Below, one piece after another: positions 9,660-19,985 of a DNA stretch of 64,000 nt. The notes beneath the pieces were generated by a model. It worked only from the letters and a program-made list of their open reading frames with translations. It was not told the origin of the DNA and ran no database searches. Each line of letters starts with the position of its first letter. Within the stretch, counting starts at the first letter, position 1. Position numbers and translations under genes: made by a program. The DNA is from Oceanispirochaeta sp. GTDB taxonomy: Bacteria; Spirochaetota; Spirochaetia; DSM-2461. The stretch covers positions 1,135,761 to 1,199,760 of the forward strand of contig CAXXXD010000004.1 in assembly GCA_963663385.2 (NCBI GenBank), in the 5' to 3' direction.

Positions 9660-11924
9660 TTACAGCATCTCTTTTACTTTGCTGAGTATAACATCTCTTC
9701 CAAAGGGCTTGTGAATGAAACCTGTTGAGTCTGATTCATTCACCTCTTTCATATTCTGATCGTTAAAATAGCCGGAAATGAAAAGGATCTTTATTTCAGG
9801 ATTGATCCGTTTTATCGCATCGGCGCAGTCGGCTCCCGTCATTTCAGGCATTACCATATCCATGATAATCAGATCAAACAGGTTCGGATTCTTTTTAAAC
9901 TGAAAAAGCCCGTTTTTCCCATTATCAGCGATAACAACGTGATACCCCTCTTTTTCAAGGATATTTGCCAGCATCTTCTGCAATACCGGCTCATCATCCA
10001 CAATCAGAATATTAACAGTTTTATCTGCAGGGCCGGCGGTATTTTCTGTTTCAGTATTATCTCCGGTTTCTGTATACGTCGGGATCAGAAGGGTAAATGA
10101 GGTAGCTTCATTCTGTATGCTTTTTATCTCTACCGCTCCGTTCAAATGTACGATTGTACTATACACTCCTGCCAGATCCAGACTGCTCCCTTTTTTTATG
10201 GATTCGCTCTTGTAGAATGGTTCGAAAATATGGGGCATGTCTTCCAATGGAATCCCGGCTCCTGTATCGGATATCTCCAGGGCAATGTATTGTCCCGGAC
10301 ACAGCTCATAAAGGCTTTTCCGGCAGTAACTATCATCCAGTATCCGGTTTTCGGTTGTCAGATTTATACTGCCCCCCCCGGGCATGGAATGAGCAGATCT
10401 CATAACCAGGCTCTCTATGGCCTGCTGAAGGTCAGCCTGTATTCCCCTGATCCGGAAGTCTTCCGCATCCAGACTGAAACCTGCTTTAACCCTTTGACCT
10501 ATCCTGTCCCGTAGGCCGGCCATACTTTCCCTGATGGCCGAATGTACATCCACCGGGGCATCGGAACGGCTGTTTCTCCTGGAAAATCCGGCAAGCTTCT
10601 GTATCAGTTTAATAGCCTGTCCGGATGATTCCCGGATCATTCCGGAATATTCCATGGCCTTTACATTGCCTCCCACTTCATCCCTGAGGAGTTCTGCTGC
10701 AGCCTGTAATCCGCCCAGTATGTTGTTGAAATCATGAGCAATGCCTCCGGCAAGATTTTCAAGGGCTTCCATTTTATCTCTATGCATAAAGCGTATCTGT
10801 CTGGTGTTTTCCTCTGTCATATCCCGGAAGACAATAACGATCCCTTCTATGGAACCGTCCTCCCCATGGATGGGAGCACCGGACTGATTGATGAGATGCT
10901 CTGTCCCGTTACCGGAAATAAGGATGGAGTGACTGACAGAGCGGCAGATCTGCCCTGTCTCCAGCACTTTGAGGATTATATTATCCTCTCTCTCCCGGCT
11001 TTCGGGGTTGATAATCTGCAGGATGCTGTCCAGCTCCCGGTCTTTTACAGCTTCCGCCTTCCACCCGGTCATTTTTTCCGCAATGGGGTTCATCTCTTTT
11101 ATTAAACCATCGGGATTGACAACAATGACTCCGTCTCCTATGGACCGCAGAGTCATCAACAGATTTTCCTGACTTTTTCTGAGCTCTTCTTCTGTTTTTT
11201 TGAGTTTGGTAATATCTGTTGCAATACCGATAAGAGCCTCTTCCCCGAAGATCTCTTTAGGACAGGGGGTTCTTGTTGTCTGCAGCCAGTGTATATTCCC
11301 ATAGGTATCACGGATCCGTTCATGGGCCAGGTGGATGGTTTTGCCGGTTTCAAATACCTCCCTGTCATCCTGAAGCATCCGCTTCACATCCTTTCTTTCG
11401 GGTTGTACATCAGCCTGAAGAGAGCCGACAACTTCGTCAACAGTAAGGCCCATCTGATCTGCCACAGCCTTGTTGACTTCCAGAAAGCGGCCCTCCCTGT
11501 TTTTGACGAAGATGAGAGAAGGGACCAGATCAAAAATCAGACGCATATGCCTTGAATCATTCTGTATCTGGTAGGATCCCGAAGCGTAGGAATTCACTCT
11601 GCGCCTTATAAGATCCGGGTGGAAGGGGACGGTTATGTAATCCCAGATATGGGAAGGCAGAGAATTCCCTTTCTTAAGCTCATCTTCTGAGCATACCATA
11701 AGGAGGGGGATATTTTTCTCCAGAGTGGATATATCAATATCGGGAGAATCCGTTATAATAAGGGACGGATTGTTCTCGTCAATCATCCTGTAAACCGTAC
11801 GGACATCCGGAGCATTTGAAAGGTGATAATTTTCCAGTATTTTCACCAGTTTCTCATTATAGTCCGGATTCAGGAAATAAAGCAGAACTTCTGTTTTTGA
11901 AGTGTACGATGTAGTCATTCCCAT
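9660..11924 (-). CDS. Hybrid sensor histidine kinase (2 PAS, HisKA, HATPase, receiver)
   Basis: PAS motifs, H-box GGIAHDFNNIL, DTGAGI, receiver ILIVDD..MDMVMP..KPF. Confidence 0.92.
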   Translation of the reverse strand: MGMTTSYTSKTEVLLYFLNPDYNEKLVKILENYHLSNAPDVRTVYRMIDENNPSLIITDSPDIDISTLEKNIPLLMVCSEDELKKGNSLPSHIWDYITVPFHPDLIRRRVNSYASGSYQIQNDSRHMRLIFDLVPSLIFVKNREGRFLEVNKAVADQMGLTVDEVVGSLQADVQPERKDVKRMLQDDREVFETGKTIHLAHERIRDTYGNIHWLQTTRTPCPKEIFGEEALIGIATDITKLKKTEEELRKSQENLLMTLRSIGDGVIVVNPDGLIKEMNPIAEKMTGWKAEAVKDRELDSILQIINPESREREDNIILKVLETGQICRSVSHSILISGNGTEHLINQSGAPIHGEDGSIEGIVIVFRDMTEENTRQIRFMHRDKMEALENLAGGIAHDFNNILGGLQAAAELLRDEVGGNVKAMEYSGMIRESSGQAIKLIQKLAGFSRRNSRSDAPVDVHSAIRESMAGLRDRIGQRVKAGFSLDAEDFRIRGIQADLQQAIESLVMRSAHSMPGGGSINLTTENRILDDSYCRKSLYELCPGQYIALEISDTGAGIPLEDMPHIFEPFYKSESIKKGSSLDLAGVYSTIVHLNGAVEIKSIQNEATSFTLLIPTYTETGDNTETENTAGPADKTVNILIVDDEPVLQKMLANILEKEGYHVVIADNGKNGLFQFKKNPNLFDLIIMDMVMPEMTGADCADAIKRINPEIKILFISGYFNDQNMKEVNESDSTGFIHKPFGRDVILSKVKEML

Positions 11925-11967
11925 ACTTAAAGCATAATATCCCGTAAAGAAATATTCTCTTTAAATT

Positions 11968-12834
11968 TTATTTTTCTACACAGATAAGGCTCATCGTTTC
12001 AACTCCGAGGCTTGAAGCTACAGGTTCGCATTTTGCCATGAAAAGCAGGTAGACATCCTGTCTGTCCACATCGTTCAGGGATTCGTAATTTCCCTGTCCC
12101 TTCGAAATAACTGTATCGGCTTCATAAAAAATCCTGCGGAATTCTTCGCTGGTTTCGCTTAATATGGTGCCGGGGCAGTTATTTCCGTTGTCGATTATCT
12201 CAACAATTTTGTCCAGGCCGGTCTCTGCCGCATCAAAGCGGGTTACATCGTTAATAATCGGTCCGCCCCTGACCCCATAGCGGATTATCAGATCGGGGAA
12301 CTCCTTCAAAAGGTATTCGATAAAGATTTTATCAAAAACAATCTCTCCGCAGTTATCTCCCAGATAAAGCAGGTCCTTTGAGCTGGCCAGCCTTTTCCTC
12401 AGTTTCCTGCTGTCATCCACAACAAGGGGTTTGTGTTCTATGGAATCTATATTCTGCAGGAGGGTCTCTTTGCTGAAACGATGGTTTGATCCGAAATCAA
12501 TCAGGTTTCCCGATATGGCCAGTTTCAGGGCTGCCGTAAAGCTGTCCTGTGACTGGTTGATAATCTTTTCAAGATCATCTGTCAAAGCCATTATCTCTCT
12601 GTTATAAAGGGATTTTATCTCCTTATAGGGGTCAGGATTTTCAGCCTTGTCGTATATTCTCTGATAAATATCCCGTCCCATCTGGGGCGGTTTCTGGTCC
12701 CAGGGAGAGTCATAAAGGTATTTGAGGACCTCTCTGGAAACCGCTTCCGTTTCTTCTACAGACATATTCAGGAGCTTTGATACCTTAAGAACCTGTTCCA
12801 GCATGCATGGTATGCAGTCATTTGTAATAATCAT
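11968..12834 (-). CDS. Damage-control phosphatase ARMT1 / DUF89 family
   Basis: CIPC, GNLIDFG, DNCGEIVFD, PIINDVT, SKGQGNYESL. Confidence 0.92.
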   Translation of the reverse strand: MIITNDCIPCMLEQVLKVSKLLNMSVEETEAVSREVLKYLYDSPWDQKPPQMGRDIYQRIYDKAENPDPYKEIKSLYNREIMALTDDLEKIINQSQDSFTAALKLAISGNLIDFGSNHRFSKETLLQNIDSIEHKPLVVDDSRKLRKRLASSKDLLYLGDNCGEIVFDKIFIEYLLKEFPDLIIRYGVRGGPIINDVTRFDAAETGLDKIVEIIDNGNNCPGTILSETSEEFRRIFYEADTVISKGQGNYESLNDVDRQDVYLLFMAKCEPVASSLGVETMSLICVEK

Positions 12835-12934
12835 ATGCCCACTATATAGGATTTAATCCTGTTAATCAGCAGGTTCCTGAATAAAATTTATCCATCCATT
12901 TGATTAGATGGATAAAATCTTTTAAATTATAAAA

Positions 12935-13252
12935 ATGAAACATACAAATCCCCTTGAAATAATAATAGAGAAAAACTTTACTGAATTGGAAATGGCCATC
13001 CATCCCAATGACGGGGAAGATCTGGATCTCTATACCCGAGAACAGTATATGATCTTCTATAGCGGTCAGTCTCTGGAAAAATTCAGGACGGGAGAGGGGC
13101 AGCTGGGTGAGGGTGAACTCCATCTGTTAAATGAATGCGCCATGGGGACGTTAAAGGTATCCGAATACCTCTGCGGAAGGCTGCAGTATTGCGAGAAAGC
13201 CATGCTGATCCGCGATGACAACAAACTCTTCCTAGCCTACCGGGATGAATGA
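12935..13252 (+). CDS. Hypothetical protein
   Basis: 105 aa ORF filling an intergenic gap; no motif recognised. Confidence 0.55.
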   Translation: MKHTNPLEIIIEKNFTELEMAIHPNDGEDLDLYTREQYMIFYSGQSLEKFRTGEGQLGEGELHLLNECAMGTLKVSEYLCGRLQYCEKAMLIRDDNKLFLAYRDE

Positions 13253-13258
13253 AATAAC

Positions 13259-13300
13259 TTGACCCCTCGACCCCGCTCGGGGATCTCGGGGGGGGGTAAC
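13259..13300. terminator. GC-rich hairpin between convergent genes
   Basis: ACCCCTCGA...TCGGGGGGGGGT inverted repeat. Confidence 0.5.
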
Positions 13301-13311
13301 CTTTTATCTTG

Positions 13312-14175
13312 TCAGCCTTTTACGGCACCCAGAGTCAGTCCTTTAACAAGGGATTTCTGGGTAACCCATCCGAGTATGACCGCAGGCAGAATGGCCACTG
13401 TTGATGATGCGGAGAGCTGTGCCACAAACATCCCCTGCTGTTCCCTGAACCGGGACATATAGACCGGCAGTGTCGCCGTTGAATTCCCGGTCAGGTTGAA
13501 TCCCAGAAAGAACTCATTCCATACAAAAATCGCAACAAGAAGCCCAGATGAAATCAAACCTGTTCTTACCAGGGGCAGCGCTATGGAGACAAGCTGTCTG
13601 AATCTGGAACAGCCGTCAATTTCCGATGCTTCTATAATGGATTTGGGAACATCGGAAAAGAAAGAGTGAAGCATCCAGACAACTATCGGTACATGAAAGC
13701 CTATGTAGGCTATCAGCAGCCCCAGAGGGGATTTTATCAGATTGAATTTCTGATACCAGGTATAAAGGGGGATAATAACGGCTACCGGCGGAAGAAGGAT
13801 CGTTGTAATAAACCATACATAGAACTTTTCCCCAGTATTTTTCTTTTTAAATTTGCCAAAAACCAGAACAAAAGAAGCCGGGACCGCCAGAAGCAGACAG
13901 AAAAGGGTGGTAAAGAATACCTGAAAGCAGGAATTTTTAAGATAACCAAACATATTTCTGTCGCTCAACACCATTTTAATGGTTTCCAGAGTCGGTTTAA
14001 ATATCAGACTGGGACGGACCGCCTGATGTTCCGTTTTGAAAGATGTCAGAAACATATAAAGAATGGGAGAAAAATAGATTATGGCTATGGCAAAAATAAC
14101 CAGAGTCAGAATGGTTAGCTTAATCCTTTTTTTCGTCCGGTGTTTTTTTTCTATATTGATTGTTGAATTTTCCAT
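13312..14175 (-). CDS. Carbohydrate ABC transporter permease (CUT1, SmoG-like)
   Basis: EAA motif IIEASEIDGCS; WNEFF; LVKGLTLGAVKG. Confidence 0.92.
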   Translation of the reverse strand: MENSTINIEKKHRTKKRIKLTILTLVIFAIAIIYFSPILYMFLTSFKTEHQAVRPSLIFKPTLETIKMVLSDRNMFGYLKNSCFQVFFTTLFCLLLAVPASFVLVFGKFKKKNTGEKFYVWFITTILLPPVAVIIPLYTWYQKFNLIKSPLGLLIAYIGFHVPIVVWMLHSFFSDVPKSIIEASEIDGCSRFRQLVSIALPLVRTGLISSGLLVAIFVWNEFFLGFNLTGNSTATLPVYMSRFREQQGMFVAQLSASSTVAILPAVILGWVTQKSLVKGLTLGAVKG

Positions 14176-14192
14176 CAGTAATCTCCCCCCTG

Positions 14193-15080
14193 TCACTCGT
14201 AGGTTGCACTGCGTTTCTTGATGATTCTGTAAAGAACATTTACGGCAATCAGAGTGATAATAACAGTCATGGTCGCAAGGGCTCCGGCACGGCCAACCTG
14301 GGAACCATTAAAAATCTCCATATAAACCGCATAGGGTAGGTTGTAGGAGCGTGTACCCGGTCCGCCCGCTGTGGTTACCAGGATCAAACCGATTTCCTTT
14401 ACGATAAAAATCAACCCCAGCATGATGGCTACCATCATATGCTGAGAGATCATGGGCAGTTTTATTTCGAAGGTCGCCCGGAACCAGCTGGCGCCGTCTA
14501 CTCTCATACTGTCTTCCACATCCTGCGGAATCCCCTGAAGACCAGCCAGGATAATCAGCACGAAAAAGGGAATCCACTGCCATGAGAACAGGAATATAAT
14601 AACTCCCATGGGGCGGTAGCTCAGAAGGTCTACCGGTGTCAGCCCCAGGGCCTTTGTTATAACACCGTACCAGCCGAAGGTAGTATTCAGTATGGTTGTT
14701 TTCCAGATAACACCGCTTGCCGTAGACATAACGAAGAAGGGGCCCATAATAAGAGTCCTGGCAATGTTGATACCAGGCACATGGTGGTCCAGCAATATTG
14801 AAAAAAGAAAACCGGCAACAGCACAAATGACAAGCGTTGAGAGGGTGAGCACAATGGTTTGCCAGAAAATAGTGTAGAATTCCGGTATTTCTGAAAAATC
14901 CGAAATCTTCAGAAAATAGGCGTAGTTTTTTAATCCGTTGAATTTGATGCCCAGATCAGGACGTGATAAATTCCATTTCAGAGTTGAAAAGATAATTGTC
15001 AGCAGAAATGGTATCTGAGTCATGACTGCTACAACAATTACCGCGGGTAATAGAAATAACCAGTCTCTTTCCTTTTTCAT
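14193..15080 (-). CDS. Carbohydrate ABC transporter permease (CUT1, SmoF-like)
   Basis: WQWIPF...LAGLQGIP....SMRVDGAS; TAGGPG. Confidence 0.92.
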   Translation of the reverse strand: MKKERDWLFLLPAVIVVAVMTQIPFLLTIIFSTLKWNLSRPDLGIKFNGLKNYAYFLKISDFSEIPEFYTIFWQTIVLTLSTLVICAVAGFLFSILLDHHVPGINIARTLIMGPFFVMSTASGVIWKTTILNTTFGWYGVITKALGLTPVDLLSYRPMGVIIFLFSWQWIPFFVLIILAGLQGIPQDVEDSMRVDGASWFRATFEIKLPMISQHMMVAIMLGLIFIVKEIGLILVTTAGGPGTRSYNLPYAVYMEIFNGSQVGRAGALATMTVIITLIAVNVLYRIIKKRSATYE

Positions 15081-15176
15081 AAGGTATCCTTAAAAAAGTC
15101 GAAGTGTTTTAAAAAAGTATAATATATATTTATTTAATGTCCCGAATTATTTTGAAATCATTATGTTGTTATGAAA

Positions 15177-15204
15177 TCCCGGGCAGCCTGAAGCTGCCCG
15201 GAAT
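15177..15204 (-). terminator. Stem-loop after the binding-protein gene (terminator or mRNA stabiliser)
   Basis: CCGGGCAGC-CTGAA-GCTGCCCGG. Confidence 0.55.
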
Positions 15205-15229
15205 AAAGATTTAAACTGAATTATGCCGA

Positions 15230-16603
15230 TTAACGGTAGTCACCATCAATGGCGACCTGGTTAAATACGTCTTCTGTTTTCTTAATGGCTTCGTCCAGTG
15301 TAATTTTGTCTACAACATAGTCAGCCAGGTACTGGGTCATTTTGGTTCCCGCATCGGCGAATTCGGGAATGGCAATATACTGCAGGCCCACATAGGGAAC
15401 AGGATCCATGGTGGGTTTGGTGAAATCGGTGGATTCCAGAGTCTTCAGTGTCATTTCTGCGTAAGGAGCCGATTTGTATGCATCCAGTTTATAGGTTGAC
15501 GAACGGGAAGCGGGCGGTGTAAGAGATCCGGTTGCATCCAGCTCGGTTGTCAGCTTGATATATTCTTTGGACGTTGCCCACAGGATAAAATCAAATGCCG
15601 CTTTTTTCTTGTCATCGCTGCTGTTGGGGTTGATTCCCATAGACCAGTTCCACAGCCATGCGGTGTTGGTTTTCATTTTCTGATGGGGAGGAAGAACGTA
15701 TCCGACTTTACCGGCCACAGCAGAACCTTCCGATTCCAGAGGAGGTGCAATGGATGTGGCATCGTAGTAGATACCGCATTTCCCGGACTGCATCAGGGCG
15801 ATACATTCGTTATAGGTATAGGAGAGGATATCTTCCTGGCCTGCTTCTCTCAGGATTTTCTTGTACATCTCCCAGGCTCCTCTCTGTTCGGGGGTATCAA
15901 TTGTGGCATTCCAGTCCATATCGTAAAAACGTCCGCCGAATGCATTAACCATTGTCACAAAAGGGGCGCCGCTCATGCCCCAACCGGGAGCGCCGCGCAT
16001 TGTCATACCTACGATTCCGTTGGCAGGATCATGTATTTTCTTGGCCAGTTCGTAGATTTCGTCCCATGAGGGAGAATCAGGCATTGTGAGGCCTTTTGCA
16101 GCAAACAGTTCTTTGTTGTACATAATAAAGGAGCTTTCACCGTAGAAGGGAAGAGCGTAGGAATCGCCGTCGAGAGACAGAGATCCAACCATCCCCTGGA
16201 TCAGGTCAGCACGGTCATACCAGTTTGCTTTATCAGCGCTGAGCTTATCAAAATAGGGTTCCATGTTTTCGAGCCACCCGAACTTAGCCCAGTTGGTTGC
16301 TTCATAAGGGCCAATTACAAAAATATCATAAGTATCACCGCCGGTAGAGGCTTCGGTGGTGAGTTTTTGACGAAGGTCGTTTTCGGGGAGTACGGAGATC
16401 TGCACATCTACCCCTTCGGCAGAGTAGTTTTCTCTTGCAATCTTTTCCAGGGCCTGATTAATCGGGTTGTTCGGCAGTGCAATGTTAACAACAGTCAGTC
16501 CGCCGCTGGTTTCTTCCTGTTGACCGCCGGCGAATACAAAAGTTCCTGATGCCAGTAATACCAGACATAGTAAAATTGACATTACCCTTAGATTCTTTTC
16601 CAT
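15230..16603 (-). CDS. Sugar/polyol ABC transporter substrate-binding protein (SmoE-like)
   Basis: Signal peptide; ENDLRQKLT, ALPFYGESS, WLWNW, PVPYVGLQY.AIPEF; RBS AAGGAG before ATG 16603. Confidence 0.9.
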   Translation of the reverse strand: MEKNLRVMSILLCLVLLASGTFVFAGGQQEETSGGLTVVNIALPNNPINQALEKIARENYSAEGVDVQISVLPENDLRQKLTTEASTGGDTYDIFVIGPYEATNWAKFGWLENMEPYFDKLSADKANWYDRADLIQGMVGSLSLDGDSYALPFYGESSFIMYNKELFAAKGLTMPDSPSWDEIYELAKKIHDPANGIVGMTMRGAPGWGMSGAPFVTMVNAFGGRFYDMDWNATIDTPEQRGAWEMYKKILREAGQEDILSYTYNECIALMQSGKCGIYYDATSIAPPLESEGSAVAGKVGYVLPPHQKMKTNTAWLWNWSMGINPNSSDDKKKAAFDFILWATSKEYIKLTTELDATGSLTPPASRSSTYKLDAYKSAPYAEMTLKTLESTDFTKPTMDPVPYVGLQYIAIPEFADAGTKMTQYLADYVVDKITLDEAIKKTEDVFNQVAIDGDYR

Positions 16604-16690
16604 AGAATACTCCTTAATTGATTTACTTAAAACCCGGATTCCCGAGTATTGAGTCCAAAACAACTCCCAACGGATAAAGCATTTTTTTTG

Positions 16691-16714
16691 TTAATCCATT
16701 ACGTAAACGATTAC
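16691..16714. promoter_or_regulatory. Putative LacI-family tandem operator
   Basis: TTAATCCATTAC GTAAACGATTAC; same motif at 17914, 18053 and 19168. Confidence 0.7.
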
Positions 16715-16816
16715 CTGTATTGTAAAATAATAGCATTGAAATATTTTCCGGTCAATAAATAATATATTATCGATATTCTATAAACTGTTTGTAAATAATC
16801 TTTTATACTTTCCCTG

Positions 16817-17854
16817 TCAGGCCAGTTCAATCTGTATCTTTACAGTTCCGGCGGAAGGGTCGGATGCCTTTTCGTAGGCTTCTATGCTCCGGTCAAAAGG
16901 GTATACGGCTGATACCAGCGGATTGACATCAATATCGCCGGATGCAATCAGGCGTATGGACCGGTCGTATTTGTTGGCATACCGGAAAACTGATTCAATA
17001 CGCAGTTCCCTGGACTGCAGTCCGGTGATACTGAACTGAGCCATATCATCCGCCGGGATGCCCACGAGAACAATACAACCGCCCGGAGCGGCAAATCGAT
17101 GAAGGTTTCTGAAAAGGTCCGGACTGCCCGATGCTTCAAATATCCGATCAACTCCCCAGTGGTCTGTTTCTTTCATAATCCTCTCGAGGGGATCTTCTTT
17201 TAAGGCATTAATCGGGATAATATTTTTATAATTTTCCGTAATGGCAAGTTTCTTCTCATTTATGTCCGAAATAAAAACTCTGCTGCAACCCCCTGCCAGG
17301 GCAGATAACGCAGTTAATATTCCGATGGTCCCGCAGCCCGTTACCAGAGCCGTGTCTCCGGGCGTAATCCTGGCCTTATCGGCTGCCTGCATACCAATGG
17401 CAAGAGGTTCAACCATAGCCCCTTCGGCATAACTTACATTTTCGGGGAGTTTAAATGTTAATGAAGCCGGATGAACAACGCTTTCACACAGGCAGCCATG
17501 AACAGGAGGGGTTGCCCAGAATACAACATCAGGATCCAGGTTATACATCCCCAGAAGGGTTTCCCTGCTTCCCATTCCGGGAATCCCCGGTTCCATGCAA
17601 ACCCTGTCTCCAGCCTTGAGATTTTTTACATTTTTTCCAACTTCAGTTATAATCCCCGATGCCTCATGTCCCAGAACCATCGGCTCTTTAACAATATACT
17701 TTCCTATCCCTCCGTTGAGATAGTAGTGGACATCACTGCCGCAGATGCCCACATTCCTTATGCTTATTCTAACATCGTTGTCACCGCAGGTAGCGTATAT
17801 ATCCATATCCTTGATGGCCAGAGTTTTTGTTTTCTCCAATACCAGGGCTTTCAT
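16817..17854 (-). CDS. Zn-dependent polyol (xylitol/sorbitol-type) dehydrogenase
   Basis: [47 protein letters not shown]. Confidence 0.92.
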   Translation of the reverse strand: MKALVLEKTKTLAIKDMDIYATCGDNDVRISIRNVGICGSDVHYYLNGGIGKYIVKEPMVLGHEASGIITEVGKNVKNLKAGDRVCMEPGIPGMGSRETLLGMYNLDPDVVFWATPPVHGCLCESVVHPASLTFKLPENVSYAEGAMVEPLAIGMQAADKARITPGDTALVTGCGTIGILTALSALAGGCSRVFISDINEKKLAITENYKNIIPINALKEDPLERIMKETDHWGVDRIFEASGSPDLFRNLHRFAAPGGCIVLVGIPADDMAQFSITGLQSRELRIESVFRYANKYDRSIRLIASGDIDVNPLVSAVYPFDRSIEAYEKASDPSAGTVKIQIELA

Positions 17855-17913
17855 AAAGGGCTCCTTAATTATCTCAAGTATCAATAGAATTCTGATTTGT
17901 TTCACAGTATAGA

Positions 17914-17937
17914 TAAATCGATTGCGTAAACGATTAC
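17914..17937. promoter_or_regulatory. Putative LacI-family tandem operator
   Basis: TAAATCGATTGC GTAAACGATTAC. Confidence 0.7.
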
Positions 17938-18052
17938 TTAATGGTATTACTGAATATTATATCTGTCAAATAAAAAATACTGCTTTCTACAGAAATAACC
18001 GGATAGTATAACTTGCTTGACGTTCGGGAAAGGCTGGTGTATTCTGGGATAG

Positions 18053-18074
18053 TTAATCGATTACGTAATGTTAC
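18053..18074. promoter_or_regulatory. Putative LacI operator upstream of the repressor gene (autoregulation)
   Basis: TTAATCGATTAC GTAATGTTAC just downstream of a TTGACG-17-TATTCT promoter-like pair. Confidence 0.65.
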
Positions 18075-18088
18075 GAGGAGAATTTTCT

Positions 18089-19099
18089 ATGGGTGCCTCC
18101 ATGAAGGATGTCGCAAGACTGGCCAATGTCTCTACTGCTACTGTTTCCCATGTTATTAACAATACGAGGAACGTGAATCCGGAAACACGGGATAAGGTTA
18201 TGAAGGCAATCAGGGATCTGCACTACAATGTAAATCCCGTAGCCAGAAATCTCAGAAGCGGGAGTTCCAGGGTAATCGGTTATGTGGTTTCCAATCTGGC
18301 AAACTACTTTTTTACAGACATTGCCCTCAGCATTGATTCCATACTGAGTGAAAAAGGGTACCACCTGATCTATATCAATTCCAATGAAGATCCGGCCAAG
18401 GAAGAAGACAATATAAGAAGCCTGATAATGCAGAATGTGGACGGCTTGATCATTGCTCCCGTAGGGCAGGACTGCAGTTATATGGAAAAGGTTATCGGGA
18501 ATCGCTGTCCCTGTGTTTTCTTTGACAGGAAGCCGAACGGTTTTGCACGCGACTATATTTTATCTACCAATTTTGAGGGGGCCTTCGAAGGGACTGAACA
18601 CCTTATAGAAAGAGGGCATACGCAGATCGGGTTTATAAATTCCCGTGTGGATGAAACTATGCTGGAACGTATGAACGGGTACAAAGCCGCCCTTGAAAAA
18701 CACGGGCTGCCTGTTCTGGATGATCTTATCTGTTCCGGAACGGGACAGCCCATGAGTATGGGGGAGCTTAGAACCGGGGAGTCTTACCAGTACGCCAGGT
18801 ACCTGTTTGAAGAGAAGAGAGTATCGGCTGTTTTCTGCGGCAACGCCCTGGCCGGAGTAGGCGCTATCAGTTATATAAAAGAAAAAGCGCTGGCCATTCC
18901 GGAAAAAGCCGGCGTTGTTACCTTTGACGATTCTTTCTGGCTTTCCATGTCGTCGCCGGCTGTCACAGCGGTTAATCAGAACAAATTTTCCATCGGGCAG
19001 CGTGCCGCCGGAACTCTTCTGGAAAGGATTGAAGGGGATAGCCGTCCCTATTCCGAATACCGGATTCCCACCAATCTTGTTGTAAGGGACTCCTGTTGA
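18089..19099 (+). CDS. LacI family transcriptional regulator
   Basis: SMKDVARLANVSTATVSHVIN HTH; periplasmic-binding-type core; RBS GAGGAG. Confidence 0.95.
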   Translation: MGASMKDVARLANVSTATVSHVINNTRNVNPETRDKVMKAIRDLHYNVNPVARNLRSGSSRVIGYVVSNLANYFFTDIALSIDSILSEKGYHLIYINSNEDPAKEEDNIRSLIMQNVDGLIIAPVGQDCSYMEKVIGNRCPCVFFDRKPNGFARDYILSTNFEGAFEGTEHLIERGHTQIGFINSRVDETMLERMNGYKAALEKHGLPVLDDLICSGTGQPMSMGELRTGESYQYARYLFEEKRVSAVFCGNALAGVGAISYIKEKALAIPEKAGVVTFDDSFWLSMSSPAVTAVNQNKFSIGQRAAGTLLERIEGDSRPYSEYRIPTNLVVRDSC

Positions 19100-19212
19100 T
19101 GTTCAGGAATCATAAATCGATAATTGAATAAGAAAAAAGGAGGTGCAGACAGTCTGAAAATTTCTGCAGAATCGATTGCGTAGCGAAATTTGCATGAAAT
19201 GTGAGGATTGTA

Positions 19213-19971
19213 ATGAGTACTCTTAATGGAAAAAACAAAACGGCTTATGTTACCGGCGGTGCAAGGGGAATAGGTAAAGCTGTCGCTCTGGGCCTTGCCC
19301 GAAATGGTGTTGATGTGGCTATTGTCGATATCGACAGGGATGCGGCAGCAGCTGTTGCAGCCGGGATAAAGGGGATGGGCCGCCGTTCCATGGCTATATC
19401 CTGTGATGTGACCGACCCGTCGGACGTAACAGCCATGGTCGGTAGTATCGTGTCGGAGTGGGGCCGCCTGGATATTGCTTTTAACAATGCCGGTATCTGT
19501 ATCAATGTTCCGGCAGAGGATATGAGCTATGAACAGTGGAAAAAAGTTACGGATATCAATCTGAATGGTGTCTTTCTTACCTCACAGGCTGCCGGGCGGG
19601 TCATGATTAAACAGAAGGGCGGGGTTATTATAAACACCGCTTCCATGTCCGGTCATATTGTCAATGTACCCCAGCCCCAGTGTGCCTACAATGCGTCCAA
19701 AGCGGCTGTTATAATGCTGACAAAATCCCTGGCTGTGGAATGGGCTCCCTATAATGTACGGGTTAACAGTTTAAGTCCCGGCTATATTGCTACTGAGATG
19801 ACAAAAGCCGCCCCGGAAGAGTGGAAATCCCGCTGGGTGGATCTGACTCCCGCCGGAAGAATGGGCAGTCCCGAAGAGCTGGTAGGCGCCATCCTTTATC
19901 TGGCTGATGATTCTTCATCCTATACAACCGGAATGGATCTTGTTGTGGACGGCGCATTTACCTGTATATAG
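19213..19971 (+). CDS. Short-chain dehydrogenase (polyol dehydrogenase / ketose reductase type)
   Basis: TGGARGIG, NNAGI, ASMSGHIVN.PQPQCAYNASKA, SPGYI.T. Confidence 0.9.
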   Translation: MSTLNGKNKTAYVTGGARGIGKAVALGLARNGVDVAIVDIDRDAAAAVAAGIKGMGRRSMAISCDVTDPSDVTAMVGSIVSEWGRLDIAFNNAGICINVPAEDMSYEQWKKVTDINLNGVFLTSQAAGRVMIKQKGGVIINTASMSGHIVNVPQPQCAYNASKAAVIMLTKSLAVEWAPYNVRVNSLSPGYIATEMTKAAPEEWKSRWVDLTPAGRMGSPEELVGAILYLADDSSSYTTGMDLVVDGAFTCI

Positions 19972-19985
19972 GAGAGAGGTGGAAT

